Origin: Marinicella sp.
GTDB lineage: Bacteria; Pseudomonadota; Gammaproteobacteria; Xanthomonadales; Marinicellaceae
DNA: 64,000 bases
Direction: 5' to 3'
Assembly: GCA_965230295.1 (NCBI GenBank)
Contig: OZ246001.1
Coordinates: 2,528,001 to 2,592,000 of the forward strand
Shown one piece after another: positions 21,638-31,526 of the stretch. Position numbers and translations under genes: made by a program. Numbering within the stretch: the first letter of the stretch is position 1; every line of letters begins with the position of its first letter. The notes beneath the pieces are model-generated. The model was not told where the DNA came from. It ran no database searches and was given only the letters and a program-made list of their open reading frames with translations.

Positions 21638-22321
21638 ATGAATGAATTTATCATAGCACCATCTATTTTATCTGCTGACTTTGCCCGATTGGGAGCTGAT
21701 ACCCAAGCCGTTTTGGATGCGGGTGCTGATTGGGTACATTTCGATGTGATGGACAATCACTACGTACCCAACTTGACCATTGGACCACTGGTGTTAACGG
21801 CCCTCAGGGATTACGGGATCACTGCGCCCATTGATGTGCATTTGATGGTGAAACCTGTGGATAGGATCATTGGTGATTTTGCTCAGGCAGGTGCCAGTAT
21901 GATCACTTTCCATCCTGAAGCAACAGAACATGTGGATCGCTCATTGGCTTTGATTAAAGACTTGGGTTGTCAGGCCGGGTTGGTGTTGAATCCAGCGACG
22001 CCAGTGCATGTTTTAGAGCATGTGATGGATAAATTAGACATGATATTACTGATGAGTGTCAATCCAGGCTTCGGTGGGCAATCATTCATACCCAGCACCA
22101 TGGATAAACTCAAGACGGTCAGAAAACTGATTGATGATTCCGGCTTTAAGATTCGCCTTGAAGTGGATGGTGGAGTTAAAGTTGACAACATTGGAGACAT
22201 AGCGAAGGCTGGTGCAGACACATTTGTGGCAGGATCGGCCATATTCAATTCACCAGATTATGCCAACACCATCACAAATATGCGTCAAATGATTCAGCAG
22301 CAATTCAGCGAAGTGCGCTAA
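21638..22321 (+). CDS. rpe: Ribulose-phosphate 3-epimerase
   Basis: [25 protein letters not shown] and VDGG motifs. Confidence 0.98.
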   Translation: MNEFIIAPSILSADFARLGADTQAVLDAGADWVHFDVMDNHYVPNLTIGPLVLTALRDYGITAPIDVHLMVKPVDRIIGDFAQAGASMITFHPEATEHVDRSLALIKDLGCQAGLVLNPATPVHVLEHVMDKLDMILLMSVNPGFGGQSFIPSTMDKLKTVRKLIDDSGFKIRLEVDGGVKVDNIGDIAKAGADTFVAGSAIFNSPDYANTITNMRQMIQQQFSEVR

Positions 22322-22330
22322 AATAGAGTC

Positions 22331-22768
22331 ATGAAAGCAATTATTGCCACATTGTTATTGACATTATTCAGTTCACAACTGACGGCTAAGAGCAGGGGCA
22401 TGTCTCTGGAAGAAGCGGTTAACCAGGTGAAATCTGAAGGTCAAGTGCTGTCCGCGAAAACAGTCAATGGCAAGCATGAAATTAAAGTGCTGACACCGTC
22501 TGGCGCAGTCAAGACCATCAGCAAGAAGGCGGCCACTTCACAGGCGCAAACAAAGCCTAAAAGGCCTGAATATTACAACAAGGGTGGTCAGTCATTCAGG
22601 GATCGCAAACAAAATAATGCCATTCCCAACCGTTTTGATAACCAGCAGCGGGACAGGCGCAGAGGCAGTCGACAACTGGATTTGCAACCGATGACGTTTC
22701 AAAACAGAAGCAAAAGTAACAACACTAAGAAGAACAACCGATCTAATAACAACAATAAAGAAAAATAA
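22331..22768 (+). CDS. PepSY-like secreted protein with basic low-complexity tail
   Basis: Signal peptide; SLEEAVNQV...VLSAKT...IKVLTPSG; upstream of a two-component pair. Confidence 0.7.
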   Translation: MKAIIATLLLTLFSSQLTAKSRGMSLEEAVNQVKSEGQVLSAKTVNGKHEIKVLTPSGAVKTISKKAATSQAQTKPKRPEYYNKGGQSFRDRKQNNAIPNRFDNQQRDRRRGSRQLDLQPMTFQNRSKSNNTKKNNRSNNNNKEK

Positions 22769-22771
22769 AGT

Positions 22772-23449
22772 ATGCGAGTACTGTTAATCGAAGACGACGA
22801 TAACCTGCGCAATACCCTGATTAAGCGGTTTGAAGAAACAGGTTATGTAGTGGACGCGGCCGATAACGGCGAAGATGGATTATACAAAGGTCAGGAATAT
22901 CCTGCTGATGTGGCTGTGATCGATTTGGGTTTACCCAGAATTTCCGGTATGGAAGTGATTCAAACATTGCGCCAAGACGGGGTTGAATTTCCTATCATCG
23001 TACTGACTGCACGCGGCTCTTGGCAAGATAAGGTGATGGGGCTGGATGCTGGGGCAGATGACTATTTGGTCAAACCCTTTCATTTTCCAGAATTGTTGGC
23101 TCGAGTTAATGCTTTGGTCAGAAGGGCCAGTGGTAACACCACACCAGAAATCAATTGTGGTGAATTGACCATGAACATGAGCACCCAGGAAGTTAAGTTG
23201 TCAGGGCAGATTCTTGATTTAACCTCTTATGAGTATAAAGTACTTGAATACCTGTTGCACCACCAAAATGAAGTGATATCAAAAACCATTCTAACCGAAC
23301 ACATCTACCACCAGGACTATGACAGAGACAGCAATGTTATAGAAGTTTTTGTGGGTAGACTGCGGAAAAAATTGGCGTCCATAGATCCTGATACCAAATA
23401 CATTGAAACGCTGCGAGGACGTGGTTATCGAATGCGCTCAATTGATTGA
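22772..23449 (+). CDS. phoP: OmpR-family response regulator, PhoP-like
   Basis: DLGLP, LTARGSWQDKV and DSNVIEVFVGRLRKKL motifs. Confidence 0.8.
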   Translation: MRVLLIEDDDNLRNTLIKRFEETGYVVDAADNGEDGLYKGQEYPADVAVIDLGLPRISGMEVIQTLRQDGVEFPIIVLTARGSWQDKVMGLDAGADDYLVKPFHFPELLARVNALVRRASGNTTPEINCGELTMNMSTQEVKLSGQILDLTSYEYKVLEYLLHHQNEVISKTILTEHIYHQDYDRDSNVIEVFVGRLRKKLASIDPDTKYIETLRGRGYRMRSID

Positions 23450-23452
23450 TTG

Positions 23453-24811
23453 ATGGTTACTGTGACTCATAGCGTGTCACTGACAAAACGGGTTCTTGTC
23501 ACCTCAACCGTGGCGTTGTTGGTGGCATTGGCTTTCATCGGTCTGGTCATGGACCAGGCTTTCAAAGAAAAAACACTGCATCTGGTCAAAGAACGCCTTG
23601 AGAGCTATGTACTGGCCATCATCATTAACACCGAAGTTCAAGGCGACAGTTTGGTCTTCCCTGAGTACCTGCCTAGTCCCAGAATGGATCAACCAGGTTC
23701 AGGCATGTATGCGCAAATTATTGTGGGTGACCAATCCTGGTCATCACCATCTGTATTGGGTCAGGATTTGCCAGAATTGTTACCGGTTTCAGTGAATGAG
23801 CGGGTATTCGATGCACCCATTGAATATAAAGGCGAACGGTTGTTTCGTATGCGTCAGGGTTTTACCCTGGAAGGCGAAAATGGTTCATTAGAAATGACCC
23901 TGTCAGTCACTGAAAATGCCGGAAATTTCTATCGTGAACTGGCTGAATTTGAAGAAAATTTATTGACATGGTTGATTGCCATCAGTTCGGTACTGGTTTG
24001 TGTGCAGTGGGTGATCATGTACTGGGCCACCAAACCCTTAAAGCGGCTGATGGCTGATTTATTGAAGTTGGAAAAAGGCGATGAACTGATATTTTCAGAA
24101 GATTACCCCAGTGAGTTGCGAGGACTAACAGCCAGCTTGAATCGATTGATTGAAAATGAACGCAGTAATTTATCAAGGCAACGAAGAACTTTGGGTGATT
24201 TGGCTCATTCTTTAAAGACGCCATTGGCGGTCATTCATTCTGAATTGGAGAGTGATGGGGTCGATAAAGATTTGATCCAACAGCAAATCATGAACATGAA
24301 TGAGATTGTGGCTTATCAATTGAAACGAGCTGCCGTAGCTGGACACCGGACCTTTGTCACCGGGGTGCCTGTTATCGATGTGCTGGACAAACTGATCAAT
24401 ACCTTGAAGAAGGTGAACCCAAACCGCCAGGTGAACGTCAAAACTCAGATTGCACCGGGTGCTGAGTTTTATGGTGAAAAAGGTGATTTGATGGAAGTGT
24501 TGGGTAATTTATTAGAGAATGCCTTTAAATGGTGTGACCAAAATATCGACGTGTTGGTCAAAACACTCTATATGGAAGGCCGCAAACGAACTGGTATTGT
24601 GATTGAGATTGGTGATGATGGGCCAGGCATCCCCGCCAACAAAAGAGCCACGTTGTTACAGCGAGGCGTCAGAGGAGATGAACAAGTCAAAGGGCATGGC
24701 ATTGGTTTATCAATAGTGACCGATATTGTGGAATCATATCAAGGCGAGTTAGAAATCAAATCACACAAGGATCTTAAAGGCGCTTGTTTTAAAGTTATCT
24801 TGCCTCCATAA
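23453..24811 (+). CDS. phoQ: Sensor histidine kinase, PhoQ-like
   Basis: Two TMs, DLAHSLKTPL H-box, GNLLENAFKW, DDGPG and GHGIGL. Confidence 0.8.
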   Translation: MVTVTHSVSLTKRVLVTSTVALLVALAFIGLVMDQAFKEKTLHLVKERLESYVLAIIINTEVQGDSLVFPEYLPSPRMDQPGSGMYAQIIVGDQSWSSPSVLGQDLPELLPVSVNERVFDAPIEYKGERLFRMRQGFTLEGENGSLEMTLSVTENAGNFYRELAEFEENLLTWLIAISSVLVCVQWVIMYWATKPLKRLMADLLKLEKGDELIFSEDYPSELRGLTASLNRLIENERSNLSRQRRTLGDLAHSLKTPLAVIHSELESDGVDKDLIQQQIMNMNEIVAYQLKRAAVAGHRTFVTGVPVIDVLDKLINTLKKVNPNRQVNVKTQIAPGAEFYGEKGDLMEVLGNLLENAFKWCDQNIDVLVKTLYMEGRKRTGIVIEIGDDGPGIPANKRATLLQRGVRGDEQVKGHGIGLSIVTDIVESYQGELEIKSHKDLKGACFKVILPP

Positions 24812-24815
24812 ACTC

Positions 24816-25586
24816 ATGAAAAAATTACTGACCATCATGCAACAATTGCGTGACCCTGAAACGGGTTGTCCCTGGGACATCGAACAAACTTTTTCAACCA
24901 TTGCACCCTATACCATTGAAGAAGCTTATGAAGTGGCTGATGCCATCGCGCAAAATGACATAACAGGTTTAAAGTCTGAATTGGGAGACTTGCTATTCCA
25001 GGTGGTCTTTCATTCTCAGATGGCTGCTGAGGCTGGGCACTTTAATTTCGATGATGTGGTGGATGCGGTTTGTGAAAAAATGATCGCCAGGCACCCACAT
25101 GTATTTAAACCCAATGAACCAAAGCTGACTGCAGAAGAACAAACCATCGCTTGGGAAAAAGCAAAAAGTCAGCACAAGGCAAGTGTTTTGGATGGCATAG
25201 CGAAAAATTTACCAGAATTACTCAAAGCGGTTAAATTAACCAAATATGCCGCAGTCACCGGGTTTGATTGGCCTGACATATCTGATGTTTTTGAAAAGCT
25301 GGATGAAGAAACCCATGAGTTGAAAGAAGCTGTTGAAAGTGGTGATCAGGTTCATATGGAAGAAGAGTTGGGTGATTTGTTGTTTGTTTGTGCCAATCTG
25401 GCCAGACACATGAAAATAGATCCGTCTTCTGCATTGCGTAAAGCGAACGTGAAGTTTGAGAACCGGTTCAGAAAGGTAGAGGCAAAAGCAAAATCATTGT
25501 CCCCAAAAAAAGAAAACTTTGACCTGAAAGTTCTTGACGAACTATGGGATCAGGTCAAAGTAGAACTAAAAAATAATGATGGTTGA
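24816..25586 (+). CDS. mazG: Nucleoside triphosphate pyrophosphohydrolase MazG
   Basis: GCPWD, EEAYEV and two ELGDLLF motifs. Confidence 0.97.
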   Translation: MKKLLTIMQQLRDPETGCPWDIEQTFSTIAPYTIEEAYEVADAIAQNDITGLKSELGDLLFQVVFHSQMAAEAGHFNFDDVVDAVCEKMIARHPHVFKPNEPKLTAEEQTIAWEKAKSQHKASVLDGIAKNLPELLKAVKLTKYAAVTGFDWPDISDVFEKLDEETHELKEAVESGDQVHMEEELGDLLFVCANLARHMKIDPSSALRKANVKFENRFRKVEAKAKSLSPKKENFDLKVLDELWDQVKVELKNNDG

Positions 25587-25815
25587 ACAAAACACCTCAA
25601 GTGTGTGTGCGTGTGTGTAAAAGGCATTTTAGCCAAACATCAGTTTGTTCTTTTTAATGAGCTATTAAAACCGCAGCTCTGTTTCGTTATTATCTCTCCC
25701 TCTTCTTGTTCTGAAATTGATCAGTGATTGCATCAATTTCTTCCAAGCTTGTAGTCATGTGACTGATACTTTTAAAAAGTGTGTGTAGTGTGTGTGTAAT
25801 TAAAAATATCAGTCA
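25578..25815 (-). ncRNA. Putative structured RNA / 3' trailer with two (AC)n-loop hairpins
   Basis: Stems 25760-25775/25800-25815 and 25578-25598/25621-25641 enclose loops UUACACACACACUACACACACUUU and UUACACACACGCACACACACUU; all six wobble positions are G-U only on the minus strand. Confidence 0.55.
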
Positions 25816-25841
25816 ACACAGACGTTTGGTTTACACGAGTA

Positions 25842-26543
25842 TTATTTCGTGATTCCGCAGTTCATTTTCTGCCCATTCAAAAATACTTGTACATTGTTAA
25901 TATCTATTGAACCTTTATTGGTATGAGCTTGACCATTTGCCAGTGAAGATTCACAGTTTAATCTCAGATTGATGGTGCTGGATGATGCGCGATTGTTTTC
26001 AACGAATTCAATCAACCCACCAGTACCTTCACCAGTAGCCGGTTGTCCGCCTGTTCCTTCACCAGTGGCCGGAGCGCCTCCAGTTCCTTCACCAGTGGCT
26101 GGCTTTCCACCAGTGCCTTCCCCTGTGGCCGGATTACCGCCAGTTCCTTCACCGGTTGCATAAGTGATACCACCAGTGCCTTCCCCAGTGGCTTTTTCGT
26201 CATAATGAGTGATCAGGGTACTTTCGGTAATCAGCTCAACAGAATAATTATCTATCAAACCTTCAACAAAAAGAGTTTGTCCATCAGTTGTATAGATTCC
26301 CTTTACATAGTGATCATCATTAGAATACAAATGTAAGTCAGCTGCATAAAGTGCAGATGAGAATAAACTGACTAACATGAACAAAACAAAGTGAATTGGA
26401 GTTTTTCTGGAAATGCCAGTGCCTTCTGTTTCTGCCATTGACCTTAAACCTGTTCCTTCAGTTTCAGCCATTGATTTGATACCCGTTCCTTCAGTTTCGG
26501 CTCTGCTTTTGATTCCTGTACCTTCTGTTTCAGCGAAATTCAT
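25842..26543 (-). CDS. Hypothetical secreted protein with AETEGTG x4 and ATGEGTGG x6 repeats
   Basis: GGAG RBS 6 nt before ATG 26543; repeats at 26415-26534 and 26016-26192; hydrophobic signal ending ALYA between them. Confidence 0.85.
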   Translation of the reverse strand: MNFAETEGTGIKSRAETEGTGIKSMAETEGTGLRSMAETEGTGISRKTPIHFVLFMLVSLFSSALYAADLHLYSNDDHYVKGIYTTDGQTLFVEGLIDNYSVELITESTLITHYDEKATGEGTGGITYATGEGTGGNPATGEGTGGKPATGEGTGGAPATGEGTGGQPATGEGTGGLIEFVENNRASSSTINLRLNCESSLANGQAHTNKGSIDINNVQVFLNGQKMNCGITK

Positions 26544-26561
26544 GGTTTGCTCCAAATTAGT

Positions 26562-27404
26562 TTATATCTGTTCGTCGAAATAAAATAACCCAAGGCCAAT
26601 ACGAGATTCCTCTTTAGGCACATTGTTGGCTTCATATTTTTTTTCTATGGCCTCAAACTCGGGATAAAATGTGTTGTAGTAGTGGTGCCTAAGTAATTCA
26701 TTAACTTCAATTCTGAATTGTTTTTTATTTGACTTAGGTATTTTTATTGAAAACAAATTACTTTGAAAATTGGTGTCTTTAACATGTTCAAAGTTATGCT
26801 CTATAGTGTTTGTCAGTCTTTTAATGGTGTTGGCAGCGATTTCCACCTTGGTTCTGTTGACCAATGTTTTTGGTATGAAAGTCCTGTTAATTAAATGTAC
26901 TTTTCCATCAATGATCTCAACACAACCTGCCTCTAGCAAAGCTTCTAGTATGGGCCCGTGGCTGATGTTCTTGCCAAATCTTTGGGTCAATGTTTCGAAG
27001 GAAAGTCCTTTGCCGCTTCTCTTTAGCGGAACTGGGTTACCTTTTGATTCACAAAAAGGTGGGTGCGTAAACCAATGGTCGAGTATGTTGCCTTCTCTTG
27101 ATCTGTTATGTTCTACCCACTCATTTTCAGTCGGTTGTGATTTCATTATCTTGGAAACTTCTCTTCGGTCTAAACCTGTTTGATACGCAATTGATGAAAT
27201 TTTTCCACGGCTGTTTTGACTGGTTTCTTCGATGTATTTTTCTGCTTCTTCTACAAACAAAACCCTGACTAAGTTTTGAAAAGAATTGAATTCAACTTTT
27301 TGTTTAACCAATATCCTGATCAATGGCCTTAAACAAGTCGTGATGAAACCTAACCAGTAGGTGTCAAATGATAAATTGAATGATTTTGCTATTTGATTAT
27401 TCAT
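26562..27404 (-). CDS. DUF6502 family protein (HTH-containing)
   Basis: LRPLIRILVKQKV, SSIAYQTGLDRREV (HTH-like), ILDHW, SFETL, ILEALLEAG and TIEHN match my recollection of DUF6502. Confidence 0.8.
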   Translation of the reverse strand: MNNQIAKSFNLSFDTYWLGFITTCLRPLIRILVKQKVEFNSFQNLVRVLFVEEAEKYIEETSQNSRGKISSIAYQTGLDRREVSKIMKSQPTENEWVEHNRSREGNILDHWFTHPPFCESKGNPVPLKRSGKGLSFETLTQRFGKNISHGPILEALLEAGCVEIIDGKVHLINRTFIPKTLVNRTKVEIAANTIKRLTNTIEHNFEHVKDTNFQSNLFSIKIPKSNKKQFRIEVNELLRHHYYNTFYPEFEAIEKKYEANNVPKEESRIGLGLFYFDEQI

Positions 27405-28089
27405 TGAAATACCAACCTTGAAAATTTTGGAAGCCTTGTTTTAATCCTTTTTCAAAATCTCGCATGGTCTCAACGCCCTCTAGAACTGTGTTGATGCCCA
27501 TTGAATGTGCGAATTTTGAAAGTCCGTGAGTAAATGATGACAATTCATCCCTGTGTGACAAGTTTTGATTGGCCACTTTGATGACGTCAATCAATCCCAT
27601 CTGTAACAATTCCCAATGCGCAAAGCCGGATCCAAAATCATCCAAAGCAATCCATCCACCTTTTGATCTGAAATAATTCAGTAGTTCTATGCCACTTGAG
27701 CAAAGTGGAGGCATGGAATGAATTTCGATGATTTCGATACATACTTTATTTGGATCGATGAGGCCATCATCAATCAAGTGCATCAGGGTTAGCTTGAAGT
27801 CATCACTGAGTAAGCTGATGGGCATCAAATTAACACTTAATCGTGCGGGGTTTTGTGACTCTAAAATTCTTGGTATTTGTTCAAAAATTTGAATGTCTAA
27901 GTCAACTTTTTGTTGTGTGCTTAAGGAATGAAAGAATCGCTCAACGTTGTGGTGGCCCAGCATGTGTTGTGGCCGATAGAGCATTTCAATCCAATTTTGG
28001 CTTTTCGAATCAGCACCAACAATCTCCTGAAATTGAAACTGCAATTTCTGGCTGATGGTTGATTTGAAAGCTGCTAAATTCATAAACAT
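27397..28089 (-). CDS. Stand-alone EAL-domain c-di-GMP phosphodiesterase-like protein
   Basis: EMLYR (ExLxR), SVN, EIIE, LDDFGSG, IKV, EGVE and QGWYF motifs. Confidence 0.88.
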   Translation of the reverse strand: MFMNLAAFKSTISQKLQFQFQEIVGADSKSQNWIEMLYRPQHMLGHHNVERFFHSLSTQQKVDLDIQIFEQIPRILESQNPARLSVNLMPISLLSDDFKLTLMHLIDDGLIDPNKVCIEIIEIHSMPPLCSSGIELLNYFRSKGGWIALDDFGSGFAHWELLQMGLIDVIKVANQNLSHRDELSSFTHGLSKFAHSMGINTVLEGVETMRDFEKGLKQGFQNFQGWYFNE

Positions 28090-28265
28090 GGTCAAGATTG
28101 AACAGGTTTATTATAAACACATCAAATATGCACTGTAAACAAATTTGTGAAAATATTAAAAATTTATTTTGAAAGTGAGGAACAGCAAGGACTTGCGTTG
28201 GATTTGTCAATGCAGAATAAGGACGGCAAGGTTGAAGTGCCAACAGGCCCTAACCTAAAAAATGC

Positions 28266-28688
28266 TTAAGAATTTAAGGTAAGCAGGTGGTCAATGATTG
28301 GTCGGTTGGCTGCTGGAAATGGAAGTTCAAGTAATTGAGCTGCAGTAACCCACTGCATGTTCTGTTGCTCGGCAGGAGATGCCATCGCACTTGGGTTGTG
28401 TTCATAATAGACATGCAAATGGACCCTGATGTCAGGGTATTGGTGCTCAATGTCCATTATTTTTTTGGGATTGGTGGTTTGGTAGTTCAATTCTTCCATG
28501 CACTCGCGAGCCAATGCTTCTTCAGTTGATTCATTGGCCTCAACTTTTCCACCAGGGAACTCCCATAAGCCTTCCAGGTGTTGGTGTTTTTTTCTTTGGG
28601 TAATCAGAATGTCGCCTTGGTGGTTTACTAACACCAAGACGACGACTTGAAGGGGGGCATTGTTGGTCAGCTCAGGCGACCGTGGCAT
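28266..28688 (-). CDS. mutT: 8-oxo-dGTP diphosphatase (Nudix)
   Basis: WEFPGGKVE...[10 protein letters not shown] Nudix box, FPAAN; downstream of secA; start uncertain. Confidence 0.9.
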   Translation of the reverse strand: MPRSPELTNNAPLQVVVLVLVNHQGDILITQRKKHQHLEGLWEFPGGKVEANESTEEALARECMEELNYQTTNPKKIMDIEHQYPDIRVHLHVYYEHNPSAMASPAEQQNMQWVTAAQLLELPFPAANRPIIDHLLTLNS

Positions 28689-31402
28689 TGTTTGTATTTT
28701 TTGCCTGAACCGCATGGACAAGGGTCATTACGACCTACTTTTTGCCCTTCTCGAATAAATGTTTCAACTTTTTCAGGTTCTTGTTTGGTGGACTGAGTAG
28801 GTGATTGGTGCTGGAATGTCACATTCTGATCTTCTTTGTGCTCCAGGGCATTCACATCATCTTCTTGTTGAACTTTTACCCGCGCAATGATGCGGGTGGT
28901 TTCATACTTTATTTTGTCCAAGAGGTCTTTGAACATTTCAAACGATTCACGTTTGTATTCTTGAATCGGTTGTTTCTGTGCGTGTGAGCGCAAGCCCACA
29001 CCTTGGCGCAAGTGATCCATTTGGGCCAAATGCTCTTTCCAAAGTTGGTCTAAAGTATTGAGGTAGGCGGCTTTTTCAAAGTGGCGCATCACATCAGAGC
29101 CCGTCATGGCTTCTTTTTCTTTAAAGAAACGCTCAATGTGGTCATGTATTTTATCGGTCAGTCCATCGTCATCCAGGTTCTCATCCCGCTCTAAAATTCT
29201 GCCGATGTTGATGTCGATGCCGAACTCATGTGAAAGTACCCGTTCTAATTGTGGAATTTGCCACTGTTCCTCAACACTTTCCAAAGGGATGTGTTGGCGG
29301 ATCACATTATCAAACACTTCTTCATGGGTGTCTGCAATGTATTCACCAATCTCTTCGGACTCAAGCAAATCTGCTCGTTGTTGGTATACCACCATCCTTT
29401 GGTCATTGGCCACATCATCATATTCCAACAGGTGCTTACGGATATCAAAGTTATGTGATTCTACTTTGCGCTGGGCATTCTCGATGATGCGTGTGATCCA
29501 TTTGTGTTCAATGTATTCATCTTCTTTCATGCCAAATCGCTTCATGTTATCCATCATGCGACTTTGACCAAAAACACGCATCAAATTATCTTCCAGTGAA
29601 ATGTAGAAGCGTGATGAACCTGGATCACCTTGACGACCGGCACGACCACGTAATTGGTTATCAATCCTTCTGGATTCATGTCTTTCGGTACCGATTATTC
29701 GAAGTCCGCCGTTATCCAGCACCAATTGGTGGCGTTCTTTCCAGGCTTCTTCCAGTTTGAATTTTTCGTTTTCGCTGATCTTGCCTTTATTCTCTAATTC
29801 GACAGACAAGTTGCCACCCAAGACAATGTCAGTGCCACGACCGGCCATGTTGGTGGCAATGGTTACGGCACCTGGCAAGCCTGCTTCTGCAACCGTGATG
29901 GCTTCCCTTTCATGTTGTTTGGCATTTAGGACATTGTGTTTGATTTTCCTTTGTTTCAGTTGTGCAGACAAAAATTCAGAGACTTCAATGGAAGCTGTAC
30001 CAACCAATACAGGTTGTTGTCTCTGGTGACAATCAACAATGTCCTCGATGATGGCCTCAAATTTGGCTTTCTGGTTGAAGTAAACCAAATCACCTTGATC
30101 ATCACGAATCATGGGTTTATGAGTCGGGATCACAATCACTTCCAGATTGTAAATCGTTTGGAACTCATAGGCTTCCGTATCAGCCGTACCTGTCATGCCA
30201 GACAATTTGGGGTACAGGCGGAAGTAGTTCTGGAATGTGATCGAGGCCAGGGTTTGATTTTCTTTTTGAATCGGTACATTTTCTTTGGCTTCAACCGCTT
30301 GGTGAAGGCCGTCTGACCACCTGCGTCCTTCCATGGTTCTGCCTGTGAATTCATCGACGATAACGATTTCGCCTTCTTTTACGATGTAATCCACATCTTT
30401 CTCAAACAAGTGGTGTGCCTTCAGCGCAGCACTGACGTGGTGCATCAAAGAGATGTGTTGAGAATCATAAAGCGAATCTTCGGCTGCCATTAAGCCGTTT
30501 TTCTTGAGCAGATCCTCTGCATTTTGCATGCCTTGCTCGGTTAAAAACACTTGCTTGGATTTTTCATCTACTGAAAAATCCCCGTCAGGTTCGGGCATGC
30601 TTTGTTTGTTTAGGATGGCTTGGCTGATTTCTTTTTGGTCTGGTTCAAAAGTAGATTTTTCTAACAGTGGAACAATTTTGTTGACCCGATTGTACACATC
30701 AGGTGACTCATCGACTTGTCCTGAAATGATCAATGGTGTTCTGGCTTCGTCAATCAGGATGGAATCGACTTCATCAATGATGGCAAAGAAAGGTTCGCGC
30801 TGAACTTTGGCATCTAAGCTGAATGCCATGTTATCACGCAAATAGTCGAACCCCAGTTCATTATTGGTGGCATATGTGATGTCACATGCATAGGCAGCTC
30901 TTTTGGCTTCATGCGTTAAGCTGGGTATCACAATGCCAACGTTCATTCCCAGGAAGTTGTACAGCGGCTCCATCCATTTGGCATCACGACTGGCCAAATA
31001 ATCATTGACAGTAACCACATGCACACCTTGTCCAGCCAAGGCGTTTAAATAAGCGGGCAGGGTACACATCAATGTTTTACCTTCGCCGGTTCTCATTTCT
31101 GAAATTTTACCGCGGTGAATGACCACACCACCAATGAGCTGAACGTGGTAGTGGCGCATGCCTAAAACCCGAACAGAAGCTTCCCTGACCAAGGCAAAGG
31201 CCTCTGGCAAAATACTTTCCAAGCTTTCACCTTGCGAAAAACGTTCTTTCAATGCCTGGGTTTGAACTGGAAAATCAGCATCAGCGAGGGCTTGCATTTG
31301 TGGTTCCAGAGATTCAACTTGGTCAGCAATTTTATCCAGCTGGCGAATATACCTTTGGTTCCTGCTGCCAAACAATTTGGTGAATAATGAGTTTTTTGCC
31401 AT
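28667..31402 (-). CDS. secA: Preprotein translocase ATPase SecA
   Basis: [27 protein letters not shown], and C-terminal [13 protein letters not shown]. Confidence 0.99.
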   Translation of the reverse strand: MAKNSLFTKLFGSRNQRYIRQLDKIADQVESLEPQMQALADADFPVQTQALKERFSQGESLESILPEAFALVREASVRVLGMRHYHVQLIGGVVIHRGKISEMRTGEGKTLMCTLPAYLNALAGQGVHVVTVNDYLASRDAKWMEPLYNFLGMNVGIVIPSLTHEAKRAAYACDITYATNNELGFDYLRDNMAFSLDAKVQREPFFAIIDEVDSILIDEARTPLIISGQVDESPDVYNRVNKIVPLLEKSTFEPDQKEISQAILNKQSMPEPDGDFSVDEKSKQVFLTEQGMQNAEDLLKKNGLMAAEDSLYDSQHISLMHHVSAALKAHHLFEKDVDYIVKEGEIVIVDEFTGRTMEGRRWSDGLHQAVEAKENVPIQKENQTLASITFQNYFRLYPKLSGMTGTADTEAYEFQTIYNLEVIVIPTHKPMIRDDQGDLVYFNQKAKFEAIIEDIVDCHQRQQPVLVGTASIEVSEFLSAQLKQRKIKHNVLNAKQHEREAITVAEAGLPGAVTIATNMAGRGTDIVLGGNLSVELENKGKISENEKFKLEEAWKERHQLVLDNGGLRIIGTERHESRRIDNQLRGRAGRQGDPGSSRFYISLEDNLMRVFGQSRMMDNMKRFGMKEDEYIEHKWITRIIENAQRKVESHNFDIRKHLLEYDDVANDQRMVVYQQRADLLESEEIGEYIADTHEEVFDNVIRQHIPLESVEEQWQIPQLERVLSHEFGIDINIGRILERDENLDDDGLTDKIHDHIERFFKEKEAMTGSDVMRHFEKAAYLNTLDQLWKEHLAQMDHLRQGVGLRSHAQKQPIQEYKRESFEMFKDLLDKIKYETTRIIARVKVQQEDDVNALEHKEDQNVTFQHQSPTQSTKQEPEKVETFIREGQKVGRNDPCPCGSGKKYKQCHGRLS

Positions 31403-31435
31403 AGTATTTTAGAGTTGCACTTGCTGAATGAAACT

Positions 31436-31463
31436 ATGTGGTTTCTTTTAGCGGATATTCAAG
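31436..31463 (-). promoter_or_regulatory. Possible sigma-32-like promoter of secA
   Basis: CTTGAA-N16-CCACAT on the minus strand; spacer slightly long. Confidence 0.3.
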
Positions 31464-31464
31464 T

Positions 31465-31496
31465 AAAAGGGCAAATAAAAATAAAATTATTTGCCC
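31465..31496 (-). terminator. Intrinsic terminator after the M23 peptidase gene
   Basis: GGGCAAATAA/TTATTTGCCC stem followed by TTTT on the minus strand. Confidence 0.7.
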
Positions 31497-31526
31497 CATG
31501 TTATTGGTAAATTTTTCTTAATTCAA

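Noticed and set aside
26016-26534. 30-33-bp periodic DNA repeats as a CRISPR array
   Set aside because: They are in-frame coding repeats with synonymous variation and only 6-12-nt spacers; no cas genes in the window
25842-26543. Classical RiPP gene cluster
   Set aside because: No recognisable modifying enzyme (radical SAM, YcaO, ATP-grasp, LanM), peptidase or transporter nearby; kept only as a loose analogy
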